From NCBI GenBank assembly GCA_028534125.1, contig CM052822.1, forward strand, positions 78,058,001 through 78,122,000: DNA of 64,000 bases, written 5' to 3'. Below the pieces are notes generated by a model, which saw only the letters and a program-made list of their open reading frames with translations, was not told where the DNA came from and ran no database searches. This stretch comes from Lama glama. Lineage: Eukaryota. The position numbers were made by a program, and so were the translations under genes. Positions 1-12,516 of this stretch are shown here, piece after piece (positions within the stretch are counted from its first letter, which is position 1; every line of letters starts with the position of its first letter).

Positions 1-522
1 GGGCGGGCGGGGAGGGAGACACCCTGCAGCTGTTGAGATTGGACCCAGGCCCCCGCCAGCCACGCAGCCACAATCCGATATTTGATAAACAGGAGCAGAC
101 ACCTCTGGAATTTTTTTCCACTGTCGGTATTTTTGCTCAGGAGGGAAATAACCTGCCATTTCACTAGAATCAAGAGATCTTTTGCAAAGAGAGTGGCCAG
201 CTTACTTCTCGAGCAGAGTCCACATGGCTGGTGTGACCACCAGCTGTGACATTTCCACGGTGGGACCACGTGCTCACAAACGAGGTGCGTTTTTTATCCG
301 AACTTTGTGCAGTTCCAAGGGAGGTATCTGACCGTACGAGAAATCACCTGGGTCGAGGGAGCGCTGTCACTTAGAACCACGTACAGTCCCCTGGTCTGTG
401 TTCACATTTCACATTAAATGTGCTGGTTGACGTCCCAGACTGAAATGCCCCTCAGGCTGCCGTTTTTTTTCCCTTTTCAAAATCAAGACCCGATGCATTT
501 ACATCAGGTCCGCTCGTGAGGC

Positions 523-570
523 AAGAGGAGGAGGAAGAGGAGGAAGAAAGAGGAAGAAAGAGAAAGACAG
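523..570 (+). repeat. Purine-rich low-complexity tract (GAG/GAA)
   Basis: aagaggaggaggaagaggaggaagaaagaggaagaaagagaaagac. Confidence 0.7.
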
Positions 571-2404
571 GACAGACTAGGGAGCCAACATCACACATCA
601 ATGCAGGATGTTTTCAGCTGAGAGCCACAAAAATTGGTTAAAAAAGAAACTCAAGGGACGTGTTTTTCACCCAAACCTAAGCTGATGTTCTGACACATGT
701 GTGGCGGGAGGACACGCACACTTCCTGCTGCGGGGCCACCAAGCAGCGCCATGCTCACCCCTGCAAGATCCTGGCCTTCAATCCCCAAATTTAGATAAGA
801 TGGTCTGACCAAAGTTTGGGAATTCATGTATAGAAAATCCAGCAAGACTGCTAAATCCTTCTGGTCAAAGGACTTCTGAGCTCACGGAAATGAAAAGTCA
901 GGTTTTCCAAAGAAATGAGCTGTCTTCAACTCTTATCATCCCTTTAATTAAATCAAACAATGTGCTTTAAAATCACCCCACCAATCCGCTGCTGAAGGAA
1001 ATCTCTCCTACAGCCTCTCAGTCCAGAGCCGCAAAGTCTGCAGATCCTGCTCCACCACCCCTGCCCAGAGCTGTCCAGGACCAACAGCCGGGCGTGACTC
1101 ACCCGAGAGTCACAGAGGCGCGGGGACGGCCTCCCCTCTCAGCCCAGCCTCTGAGGATAACCGGAGATCACGGGCCCTGACAGGATGTGGTCTCACAGGC
1201 AGGAGGGCGCCCTGCACACAGGGGGCCCGGGGGCGCAGCATGGCTGGGCGGGGTCCACCCCTGGGTGCTCAGGCTCACTACCCGGGGCTTGGATGACGCC
1301 GGCCGTAGAGCGGTCATCTGTTGGCTGCCCCGCCCGGAGGTGGACACGGGCCGCCACCTTCGGCTCCCCATTGGCCGGGCCCAGCATGCAGGGGCAGCGG
1401 GCAGCGTCGCCCCCCCACCCGAGGCCTCCGGCACCGTGGCACCGGGCACGGCTCGCTCCTGTGCCTCTCGGTTGCCCTTCTGCTTCTGTCCCCGCCCCCG
1501 GGGCAGCGGGTCCCTGGAAGGGAAACCCTCACATTCTTTGTGTCTCCCACAGCACCTGGCTGGGCGTTTTTCTTGACCACCCTAAGGACAATGACTGATG
1601 GCGATACGGAGTGACCCCTTTACCTAAATCAAGCCCACTGCTCTCAGAAGAGAGAAAGCGCACCCACCCTCCCCCGTGGACGTCCCAGCGGAACACACTT
1701 GCAGGAGGCAGGAAGCTGAGTCTCCAGGTGAACTTCTCTCCTCGGAAGGACAGCAGTCATAGTGATGAGCGCCAACGCGACCTGGGCGCCACTGAGCTGC
1801 CGACCGGTCACCTGAGTTGAGGCTTCAGTGACGGAGACACGAGGATGCTACCCGTGGGGAAGTTCTTAGTGCTGCTGGCTCAGTCAAAAACATGGAAGGA
1901 GGGACAGACAGCGGACTCCCTCACAGACAGGGCTCCTTGAACAAGTGGGGCCGGAGGAGCCCCACGGCAGGTGGCTGACGCCTGCCCGAGATGGCACGGG
2001 GCCCCTCACCTGCGCCCAGAGTTGGCCCCCACTCCCTGCTCACAGCCCGGAGCCCGCTTTTCTCCAAAGAGCTGTCCAGATGCTCCCAAGGTGCCTGGGT
2101 CCTGGCAGGTGCACAGACCTCCCCTCCCGGTGGGGAGACCGCAGCCCCAGAGAAGCCTTCACCCTGACCTAGCCTTGGACACGCACACACTCTGGGGGAC
2201 CTACTCACATCTTCTGTGCCTGGAGGGAAGCACCGTTGTCCCTCCGTCCCAGCAGGGGCTGGCTGCGCACCCTGGCAGCCCCACAGGAAGGGTCCCTCTC
2301 TCCTTTCACGGGGATGCGCCTGCCCACCCACGCACCCTCTTGGCGGTAAGGTGCGCGGTGCAGGGAGCAACGCGTCGGATGACGTGGGTGTGGGTCTGCG
2401 ACGT

Positions 2405-2507
2405 GCTGGCCTGCCGCCGGCCGTGGGCTGGGGCCGCTGGCCTGCCACTGGCTGTGGGCTGGGGCCGCCGGCCGTGGGCTGGGCGAGCTGCTAGGCGAGC
2501 TGCTGGG
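2405..2507. repeat. Degenerate GC-rich tandem repeat (31-bp unit x ~2.5, then a 12-bp unit x2)
   Basis: gctggcctgccgccggccgtgggctggggcc / gctggcctgccactggctgtgggctggggcc / gccggccgtgggctggg, then cgagctgctagg / cgagctgctggg. Confidence 0.75.
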
Positions 2508-2559
2508 CTCCCGGGGCCTCAGCTTCTGCTGGGACTGGGATTACACTTTGCTTTATTCT

Positions 2560-2830
2560 ACTAAAATACACACAACGTGAAAACACCCTCCTAGCCGGCT
2601 TTTAAGTGCCCAGTTCGAGGGCACTGGGCGCTTTCACACTGCTGTGCAGCCTTCTCCACCACCGTCTCCAGGACCTTCTCATCGTTCCAGACTGAGACTG
2701 GCCCCGTCACCAGCTCCCCAGCCCCAGCCCCCACCACCCCGTCCCTGTGGGACCGCACCACAGTGTCTGTGTGTCACATACCGCACCGTGACGTCCTCGG
2801 CCTGGTCGTCGGGGCGTCACGTGCACTCAC
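2560..2830 (-). mobile_element. Old L1 (L1MA/L1MB-like) 3' end fragment, strongly GC-shifted
   Basis: aaatacacacaacgtgaaa...ttttaagtgcccagttcgagggcactgggcgctttcacactgctgtgcagcc...ctccaggacc resembles the remembered antisense L1M 3' UTR (ttttaagtgtacagttcagtggcattaagtacattcacattgttgtgcaacc). Confidence 0.7.
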
Positions 2831-3193
2831 AGATGGAAGGTGCTCCGTAAATGGCATCTTCCTGCTGCACTCCTCCCCCAGGGCGCGTCTGCTTCCCTCT
2901 GCAGCCCTGTCGGCCGGGGCAGACCCACCGTCCTCACAGAGCAGAACACATTTCTATGGGAAGGTCGTCCAGCACGTGTTTGACTTTGGAATCAAATTCT
3001 TACAACCCACGATGTGAATTTAGAGAAAGCACTCTAATCGCAGGTGGTGAGCAGTGCTGGGTCAGGCAGAGGAGGGGAGTAGGGAGTGAGGGGTGCGGCT
3101 GGGGCTGGAGACCCCCGATCATGGTGACCGAGCTGAGGGTGGAAGGGCTGGCACTGCTGGCACACCTATGATGGAATGTTCTAGAAGGGCCGT

Positions 3194-3237
3194 GTCCCCG
3201 TGAAGACAGAGCCTCGTCCCTGTGAAGACAGAGCCTC
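3194..3237. repeat. 22-bp tandem duplication
   Basis: gtccccgtgaagacagagcctc / gtccctgtgaagacagagcctc. Confidence 0.85.
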
Positions 3238-3424
3238 CCTGCCCCTCCTCTGGATGTCGCCCTGAGCCTGCCGGGCCCACCTCGCGTCCCCCTTGCTGAT
3301 GGCCTCGGGCCTCTCCGTGCCTCTGCTGCCCCTCCTCCGCCCATCCGTCCATCTGTGCGGTGTCCACTGGTCCTGCAGCAACAGCACCACACTGGGGCTC
3401 CACGCCTGTTTTCCTCTTGGCCGT

Positions 3425-3497
3425 CGTACTGGGTGGAACGACGTCCCCCCAGATCCACGGCCACCTGGAACCTGGGACCGTATTTGAAAACAGGGTG
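3425..3497 (+). mobile_element. Possible MLT1 (ERVL-MaLR) LTR 5' fragment
   Basis: gtactgggtggaacgacgtccccccagatccacggccacctggaacc...gtatttgaaaacagggt resembles the start of an MLT1 LTR. Confidence 0.45.
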
Positions 3498-6410
3498 AGA
3501 GGGTCCTCTCTGCCATCTCCAGCTCCCAGCCTGGGCTCCTCTGTGCCTGGGAGCTGGGATGCCACTGTTTACATCTGCTTGCCCCACAGCGACCGTTCCT
3601 GCGTAAACACCCGTGAGCGCCTCCCAGGGAGGGCTTCAGGGCGGCACACGGAGACGCTTCGATGTTTTCCGTAACATGTGCTGAGTTCCTCGGTCAAAAC
3701 TCATTAAAGGCCATAAATCCAGACAATAAGGTGAGAGCTGATATTCCTGGACAGCCCGGAATTTTTATGTTTCCAATCAGGCTTTATTCTTAAAAGCACT
3801 TACCCTTGACAGTGGCCTTTGAACGGCCCCGCCTTCTGCAGGAAGCCGTAAAGACAGGCAGTGCTTCCTCTGCAGGCATTCTGCTGGGCCGCAGTGGCCA
3901 GTGAACTTCCAAGCGTCGAGCCTGTGGCTTACGGGCAGGTACTGATACAGGGCTATGCTGAGTCGATGCCCACGTCTGAAACAACGGAGTTCAGAGCTGA
4001 GCCAACAAGCGTGGCTGTGCTGAGAAGCACGTCACAGACAGGACCAGCCCTCCGGCCAAGGCCAACATCTCGTCACTGGGTCCTCCTCGCGTGTCCCCGG
4101 GAGACCTCACCGTCTCGGTCAAGGGCGGTTGGAGGAGACAAGTGGGGCAGGACCTTTTGCTACAGGACTCCTCAGAGGCTGCAGTGTGCTCACGTGCCTG
4201 TTGACGTCCCCGAGGGTCACCTATCGGCCACAGCCCTTCTTGTGTGGAGAGTCTGTGACCACCTGGAGGGACGTCAGTGTCCCCTGGGACAGTCAGATAA
4301 ATGCCCGTTGGGGTGTGTCTCAGAGCATCCTGCACGCCATCGCACCTGCATGTTTTCTCTGCTTGTGTCATCTGGAGACGCTTTCGTGCCATTTCAAGCA
4401 AGCACGCTCCTGACATCAGACCTCCATGAGCGCTCCGGAGCGTCCTGTGGACCGCGGACGCTGACACGTAAGCTGCCCCCGACAGCTGCAAGCGCTCCGA
4501 ACAGGCAGGAAGAAACCGCACCAGCCCCCCGTTTACCAGCTGCGCGAACCGGGCGAGCTACGCGCCTCCAAGCCTCGCTGGCTGCACAGACCACGGGCCA
4601 GGACACGCGGAGCCGGACACAGGGCTGGCTCAGAGTGAGGGGTCGCTGGATGTGAGCGATCATTATGCCAAGTGTCCATGTGTCCTGAAGAAAGTCGTGG
4701 TTCTGTCTGTGAGAGCAGCTTTGCCCACAGGACGTGATGACTGGGGCTGACGGGCTGGTAAGAACGAAACAACCCCCCTTTGGGGCACCACGCACGCACC
4801 ACACGTAGACTGCACAGCCTGGGCAAGGAGGAGGGCAGCCGCGGTGCTGCTGCGGTGCCGCGGGCATTTCTTGCTCCACCCCACAACTCAGTTTTCTTTG
4901 TTCTGTCTGTCCGAGCACCAGGAGCCTGGGGGGTGGGCACACGCTTCCGTGGAGTTCCGACGACGCCCCAGGAGCAGAGCAGGACCGGGGCTCCCGGCGC
5001 AGGAAGGCAGCTCTGCCTGACGTCAGGAAGTACCTCCTAGAGAGACACGGTCCCCAGACCCTCGGGCCCGCGCACCCGTGCCTGGAGGAGCCCCACCCAG
5101 GCGCCCAAGCTGTCGGAGGAGACAGCTCCCAAGGCGGGAGGGGCCAGCGCTTCCGCAGACCACCTGCCGCCAGAGCACGTGCCTCTACGGCACCGCCGCA
5201 GGGGCTCAGTTTGGTATCTCTCCCACAGCGCGAAGGCCCAGGACAGAGCAGGGCCACGCAGACGCGTCCGGATCTCGGCTTCCGACTCACGGGCTGGGGT
5301 GCTCTCGTGGGTGCTCGCTTGTCTCATGGGGATGGTGACGCCAGTGGTTAATACGCTTTTGAGGCAAAGCGCCCTGGTGGACACTCGGCGAGCCCTGGGC
5401 CCCTTCTGATTTCCCAGAAGAGCCTGCAGGGACTGTTCCCGAAGGTGGAAGGGAATACTGACCCTCCTCTGGGTCAAGAGTCAGGAGAGGGTTGGCTGGA
5501 AAGTTGGGAAAGGGATCGGAAGTCCACAGGAACAGGGATGTGGCGCACATGCAGCTCTGCCTACTGCCAGCCCGCCTACCTGCCTGTGTGAACGGCCAGG
5601 CTGCAGCACAGCGTCACCACCGGGACCGAAGCCCAGCTATGTGGACCAACGCACTGCCCTGGTCCGACCACTGCGCTCCGGGACCCAGAAGGCACGACCT
5701 CCTCCTCTTGTCCTCAGCTGCCAAGGGGCCCTTGGAGCAGTTCTGGGGACACGCGGCGTCCCTGACACACAGTAGGAAGTTGCTACACTTGCTGAGCAGG
5801 AACATGAACTCAGGCGCTCATCACCGGTGCATCCCAAGGCCATTCCCACCACGCTCTGCTGCTCGGTGGGTGACCGAGAGGAAGTGAGGGACCCACTTGC
5901 CCTCCTGCTTCTCCTCTTACTGGCCAGTGCGGACGTTACTTCTCAACGCCTGAGCCCGTCTGGGCGTCCAGGGCTTTGCTGAGTGAAGAGATACCAGCCT
6001 GGCCTTTAACATGCGTTACAGAGAATCCGCAAAGAGAGACTGTAACTTAGCCAGCTTTCTACCTTCAAACGATTAAAACCATAGATAAGAGACACATTTG
6101 AATGAACTATAATGAACATTTACTACTTCATTTCTTTATATTTCATAAAATGAAAGTGTAAGTTGCTAAAAAACAAAGTGAGAGTCTTTAACTAAATCTC
6201 CCAAAGGGACCTTCTCACATTGTGTTACGGAAAACAAAGACTGATAACAGAAAATGTTAAAAGCTTCATATAAATGCTGGAATCAAGTAGCATTTGATGA
6301 ACACCTGGGAACACAAGTTTGAATTGGCTTAACTGAATCCAAGCGTTATTCATCATCAACTTACTAAGATCTTACTTTCAGAAAAGAAATTTAATTAAAA
6401 ACAGGCTCAC

Positions 6411-6488
6411 CTGCCAGAAGTCAGCGACAGTCGCGGGCAGCGGTCCTTGGGTGGCGATGTACGCGGGCTTCCTCGGGTCGTGGTCCAT
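6411..6488 (-). CDS. PTPRN2: PTPRN2 coding exon (78 nt, phase 0-0; probably exon 17), YIATQGP and DFWQ motifs
   Basis: Acceptor gtcttgcctccgcAG|ATG, donor CAG|GTgagc. Translates to [26 protein letters not shown]; contained in ORF 6378..6572. Confidence 0.97.
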
Positions 6489-9400
6489 CTGCGGAGGCAA
6501 GACCACAGGAGAGAGATGAGCTGAAGCACCACCCCAAGGCCTGGAAGTCAAGCGTCGGCTGCGGTAGGGCACCTCCAGCCCTCACCCGCACGACCCCACG
6601 ACCCCACGTCCCCGCGTCTGTGGAGGCCGGAAACCCAGCCGCTCCTCTCCTTCTTGACGCAAACCCGCCTGGATTTTAGGCGGCTGGAGCCTGGGGTCCG
6701 GCGCCTAGACCTGGCCATCAGCGCTGCAGGTTTCTCTTGTACCTGGAATTGAGCAAACCAGAGACCAGATACCAGGATACTGTGCACGGACAGGCCAGGT
6801 GAGGCAGGTGCTGAGAACGAGGGGGGAGGCGCCCAGGGCAGGGCCACCGCACAGTGACTTGTCTGCGGACATGTGTGACTGCAGAGGAAACTGCAGGCTC
6901 TGGGCTGGGGAGAGGGGGCCTTGGCAGAGGCGGGGTGCTGTCCAGGGTCCTGGAGGGACCACCGACACTGTCTTCTGCCTCCCTTGCTGGCAGAGTTAAC
7001 TGCCCCCAGGTGAGGGCTTGTTTCTGTTCCCCCAAAAGGCGCTGGGGCACAGCCGAGTCATCCTGGGGTCTGAGAGCCACGTGGCAGGCCCTTCCCCGAG
7101 ACCGGCCTCCCAGCAGCCAACTCCCTGGTCTATTTCCGCCCCCGGACAGGGATTGAAAACACACACACAAGAGCGCAGTGCTGGGTTTTCTGACTAGGTT
7201 ATCTGTCCAAATGCAGCGTGCTAGTGTTGAGAGAGGAGGTCTGGCTTAAAAGAACTTAATCGTAACATTTAGTTCAAAGACTGACTAAGCAGGAAAAAAC
7301 CCGAAACAAAACCGAAACACGGGAACAAAGCCTGGAGAAGCAAAGAGGATTAAATCGGACGGATGGGCTCTTCCCCTCCTGCTGGTGTCCGCAGGGGACA
7401 GAGCGGTGCCAGGGGAGGGGTCGACAGAGCTGTCCTCACCGTCACCCCGGGGCGGCGGGGACCAGCCCCGGAACACACTGGGCGGGTCTCGCTCTCCTGT
7501 AAGGCAGCTGCTCACTTGTCTGATGTCCACTGGCCTTGGTTCTTTCATGTCCAGTCCCAGTGTCCACTCGGGACCCAGGGCTTGATTAAAGACTGAAAAT
7601 AGTCCATGTTTAGATTCTTGTTAAGAATGCATTTCCCAATATGTAGAAAACAGGAAGGTTTCACCCACACACAATTCCACAGCGACACGTGGGATGTCAG
7701 CGGTGAGCCCGGTGTCACCTTAGAGCCCGCTTCGTGCTTGGGTTTGAGCGGGGCATGAGGGAGGCACGTCTCCTTTACCAGGAACCCGGTGAAGGCGGCA
7801 CTGCTCGTCCACACTTTCTGAGGTGGCGGTCGTCAGCGTGAGAGAGGGCACCTTGTAATTACTGTGCTGCGCAACAGGGGACGCGCGTAAAATGACAGAT
7901 GCAAGTTATTCCAACAGCACAACAGTGGGACGCTGGCTGCTAGGCGGAGGGAAGACGCTTTCTGAGCATCTAATTCAGTGACTCCTAATTAAAACTGGAA
8001 GTTCACAACCACACACTCTACACAGGTAAAGTGACGCTCCTCCGGCTGAAAGCCTCAACTGAAATATTTCAGGAGAAAAGCGCCTAGCAGAAGGAAGGAG
8101 TCATGACATTTAACACAGCTGTGTATGCAGACCCCTGTCACATCCCCAAAGCAGTGCTGTGTGGGCAGCAAAAGCCCACCCCCTTTGCAAACGGACTCCC
8201 CCAGCCCAGAGCAGTTTAGACAGCAGCACATTTAAAAACCGTTAGTATGCTCGCCCTGGCACGTTTAGGTGCTCTCGCGGTGAGAAGTAATGTGACTGAA
8301 AGTAGACGTCTCAACAGGGCTTCGGGAAGGTAGATAAGGCGCCTGCTGGGTGGGGGTCTGAGGTCACGGGCACCCGTCTCCCCATCACCTGCTCCGCCTG
8401 GAGGCCGAGGCCCGAGGATGCGGGCAGGGCACCCACCCCGCCGTCACCCCCAGCCCCCTCACCCCACCACCTGGCCGGCAGTAAACCGTGTATGACCACG
8501 GAGGGTGAAGTGTGCCACCGGCTGGACAACCACTCAGAAGATGGTCACCATCACTCCATTCCGCGCACATTCCGGTGAACAGGAAAGAGCTCTGGGCACA
8601 AGCACTCCCTGCGCGGAGTGAAGAGGGGCCACAGAAGCCTCAGCCTGGTTTTGCGCATCTTTAACGGATGAAGGCTCATTACACTTAAGATTCCCAAGGC
8701 AGGATCAGCGTAATCAGAGGAAATCACGTCAGTTTCTACGAACCTGGCTCTTCCACCAGGAGCTTTGGCCGGCGCCGCAGTGCGGGGATGGGGAGACGCC
8801 TGTCTCCTGTTCCTGGCGGGGATCCGCACCGGCTCCCCCCAACAGCTGTGCCGGGTCTCACCCCGGCTGCCCCGGCGCCTCCCCCTCCTTGTAGCTGCTT
8901 GCTTGCTTGACTGTCGTGGTCACAGCACGAGCCCCCGAGCCAGGCATGAAGCTGGTCAGTGTCTCTGGCCGCACTCTAGGGTCTGCGAAGTGCCATGGGA
9001 GGGCGGGCGAGGGCATGTTCCCTCCTGACTTGAGCTCTGGGATTCCGGGATTTTTTCAGAAGTAAAGCCATTTGTTTGTGTTGAATCTACTGTCCATGTG
9101 GCTGACTGATCCTCTGAAGACACCCCATGAACCAGGGTACCCGCCAGGTGCACTCTGTGAACTTCCAAACGCACATTTAAAAAACCCCAGTGACTCGCTT
9201 TACGCTGCAGAATGACAATTATAAATAAATGTGAGTGACCGCGTCTCACCTACATCACACAGCACGGCAACACCTGCCCAATGCTCCAAACAAAACTCAC
9301 CCTGAAAATCCAGCCTTCAGCCCGCGAAGACAGGACGCCCCACTCTGCAGCCTGGAAGGGTGGTGGAGGGGCTGCCTTCTGGCGCGCAGGTGAGGGCGGG

Positions 9401-9605
9401 GCTGGGTCTGCTGCCCAGACAACCACGGCCCGGAGTGTCAGGAAAGGTCTGGGCCAGCCTCTGGGGTGGGGTCGCGGGGACCGTGCCTCTCAGCCTGCAG
9501 CCTCACACCAGTCCTTTCTGACCACCTAACGCCCGATTTTTCTAACATTTACAGCAAATTTTACAGCAAGCCTGAGTTTTCAAGTCACTTTTCCAGATAC
9601 CAAGC

Positions 9606-9765
9606 TTTTTTTTTTAAGCTTTGTTTTGTAACTTGGTGTATGTGGGGGTAATTAGGTGTATTTATCTGTTTATTTAATGGAGGGACTGGGGATTGCACCC
9701 AGGACCTCGTGCACGCTAAGCACATGCTCTACCACTGTGCCACATCCTGTGTACCACACCCCTTC
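9606..9765 (-). mobile_element. tRNA-Ala-derived SINE (camelid Vic-1-like) with target-site duplication
   Basis: Reverse complement: cagtggtagagcatgtgcttagcgtgcacgaggtcctgggtgcaatccccagtccctccattaaataaa...cctaattacccc...poly(A). Flanked by ccagataccaag (9593-9604) and ccagacaccaag (9770-9781). Confidence 0.9.
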
Positions 9766-12442
9766 TCCACCAGACACCAAGTCTTCATGTGAGAACTTAG
9801 TGGGAAATTGTGTCTTTAATAATCAGTGGGAGAGAGGCTGACTTACGAACCTAAATTACTTTCGTATTTTATTCTTAGGAGTTGAGATTTACTTAAGAAA
9901 AATATTTGCTATACACCAAAATCACACACACAGAGATGCCTGCTTGTGAACATTTTCTGAAATCCAAAGAGTTGGCTTCTGCATTTGGCCAACTTCTTAC
10001 GATGTGCAGGACATCTGGGCGGTCATCCTCTTCCGCGGCGTCAGTTAGTTAAGCGCATTCCAAGCTAAAAGTCCCACGATTGTCCCTCTAAGGGGTGAAG
10101 CGCAGGCTTGCTTCCTGGCGTCGCTGGGACCTGCAGACCTGTTCCTGGTGGCAGACTCGTGCGCTGTGGTGTTGAAGCCGTGGTTCGTCTGAGTCCCCAG
10201 CAACCGGGCTGAGCTTCGGAGGTCTGGCCGGTTCCCCCAGGTGGGAAAACAGAATTCCCATTTACTTCGTGCCCTCTGATTCCAACGCTGAGACTGCGCA
10301 TTATTTACTGCTGGATGCCTCCCCCTGGAATTTAGTGAGGACTGCGTACGAATACGACGGATGTGACTGTACAGGCTGCTCTGCACAGCCAGGGTCTGTG
10401 CGGGCTGTGGCCACACGCGTCTCACTCTGCTCTGCCAGGAAGCTCGCTTGCATCGTACCTTCAGTTATCGCGAGGAGGAGAGGTATCGGGGGCTTCTGCT
10501 TAATTGCGCTTATAGCCCAAATGTGGGCAAAAAAGACCTGTGGTATGAAGTAAAAGGAAAACATAAAAGACGCTGTATCTTCTCTCCTGCTTCACCTTCT
10601 GCCCCAAGTCCCCATCAGGCCTGGGAGGCCATCCTGAACTTCCGCCCGTAGGAAGGAGGCTGCGGGCTCGGCAGCCGGGGAGCTGCTGTTGGCGGCTTCT
10701 CGGGGCGAGGCGGTTTCTCACCAGCATCCCTGTGCTCACCCAGTCCTGACTTTAGCCTGAACCGGCCCAGACGTCTGGAAGCCAGAACCCAGGAAATGGG
10801 GAGTGTTGGGTGTCCCCCAACACTGAACTGCTGTCTCTGAGACCTGAAAATAACTGCCCGGTTTCTCACAGTGGCCTGGTCCACGGCTCACTCCAGGGAA
10901 GGACCCCAACAAGAGGAGGACAGTCCTCCTCGCTCCGGACAGTCCCGAGCCGCCCTCACCGCGGCCCTGGGTGGGGGCGGAGCCCAGGCAGCGACACAGC
11001 CCAGCCCCACCAGACGAGAGGCTGGGGCGTGAGCGAGGCTTCGGCTTGGTTTTCTAAATTAGCCCGGCCGGAGAAACACCGAGCACACCAAGAGCGTTCA
11101 CCGAGAGAGCCTGGCCGGACGGCGGCAGCGAGGCCTCTGAGCACAGACGGAAGCAGCGTCTGAGGTCGACCCCCGTTGGGAGGGACGGAGCTACTTCCTC
11201 CCCAGAATAACCCTAGAGACCAAGTCCTAGGTCTGCTGGGTGTGGACGAAGTGCTTCGCTTTGAATTCACTCTCCCACAGCGAGGCTGCTACGCTGCGCC
11301 CTCACTGTGTGGGGCGTGAAGTCTGAGCAGGGCCTGAGGGACACGCTCCAGGCAACAGACCACTGGAACAAGTGGGACCCACAACCATGGCCCTGGTCAC
11401 CCCCAGGGCGTCAGACGGCAAAGGCCTCATCTAAGATCACCACTGCCTCCCTCGGTCACCTACCCCGAAACCTCACTGCGTCAGGACCGGAGGGGTCTCC
11501 TGCACGCACTGTATTCGACTGGAAGCCAATTTGAGAATTTGGTGAGAGATCCTGAAACCCCCTGGAAACCAATGTTGAGGAACAGGGTTCAGGGGGACAC
11601 CCCAACCAGCCTCCCGCACAGCCCTCCTCCCCGTCCCCACAGCTCTGCCGCGCGCTCCGAAAGCTCTTACTTCACCAACTTGTCACCGGCACTCACTCTA
11701 CTTAGTCCCGAAAGGCTGCCAATCACCACTCAGAGTGACCTTTGGCCCCTTTTCTCCGTCCCTGGGCTGCCCGCCCCGGTGCGGAAGGACAGGAGCGGCG
11801 GGGCGAGGCCGGCGGGGGTGGCTGGCGCGCCTGCTGGCCCCAGGGTCTCCAGGAACAGGAATTCCTCCCCTGGTCCTCTGACACCTGCTGCCCCGGGAGG
11901 CCCAGCCCTGGCACCTGCGCCCTTGGAAGGAAGACCCCACCCAAGGAAAACCAAGGAAAGCAGCCCACAGCCTTGGGTCTGCCTCTAGCCTCTCCGTCCT
12001 TCTGGCAGGAGGCAGGTTTGGGTCTGGCGTCTCCTGTTTGTTTCCCGTGTGAGGAACGTGTGGGCCCAGGAACCCGCCACACAACCAACTAAGAATTTTC
12101 CTAAAGTCTTGGGTTCCAGCGGTAACTACAGCAACTAACTCCTCAGGTTGCTGCTGTGAGCCCCAGGGTGACCAGGCCCAGCGCCCCAGCACCTCGTCCC
12201 CTCTGCCTCATACGTGGTCCCGCCTGGGGACAGACTGCAGTGAGCCTGCCCGCGAGTTTTCAGGGTGCGTGGCCAATGGCGCTCTGAACCAGGGTCCGGG
12301 CATGGGCAGGGGGCCGAGTGGTACCTGGTGGAGGCTAGTTACTGGGCGGAGACTGGTTGCCAGCTTGTGGCCCAGTGCCGGGTGGGCGGGTCCTGGCCAC
12401 ACCCCCCGGGGAAGCCGGCGGCCTGGCGCCGCGGGTACTCAC

Positions 12443-12516
12443 GATGGGGCTGGCGTTGATGTAGTCGGAGCTGCTGTGGCTGTTTCCCGAGTTCAGCCGG
12501 ACCCTGGAGTGGTCGT
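12443..12516 (-). CDS. PTPRN2: PTPRN2 coding exon (74 nt, phase 1-0; probably exon 16), DxxRVxL and DYINAS motifs
   Basis: Acceptor ctcttggacttgcAG|AC, donor ATC|GTgagt. With the T from the previous exon it reads YDHSRVRLNSGNSHSSSDYINASPI. Not shown in the ORF track; read by hand. Confidence 0.96.

Noticed and set aside
3861-5290. Long ORFs 4394..5290 (298 aa) and 3861..4655 (264 aa), plus similar ones at 23619..24329, 43373..44035, 60031..60714 and 60888..61571
   Set aside because: They are Pro/Arg/Gly/Ala-rich, have no recognisable domain, overlap in several frames and often start at non-ATG codons. This is expected in stop-poor GC-rich intron.
1-6410. miR-153-2 and the next PTPRN2 exon (MVWESG...)
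   Set aside because: Neither the miR-153 mature sequence nor this exon was found by eye; both should lie further downstream, outside the window.
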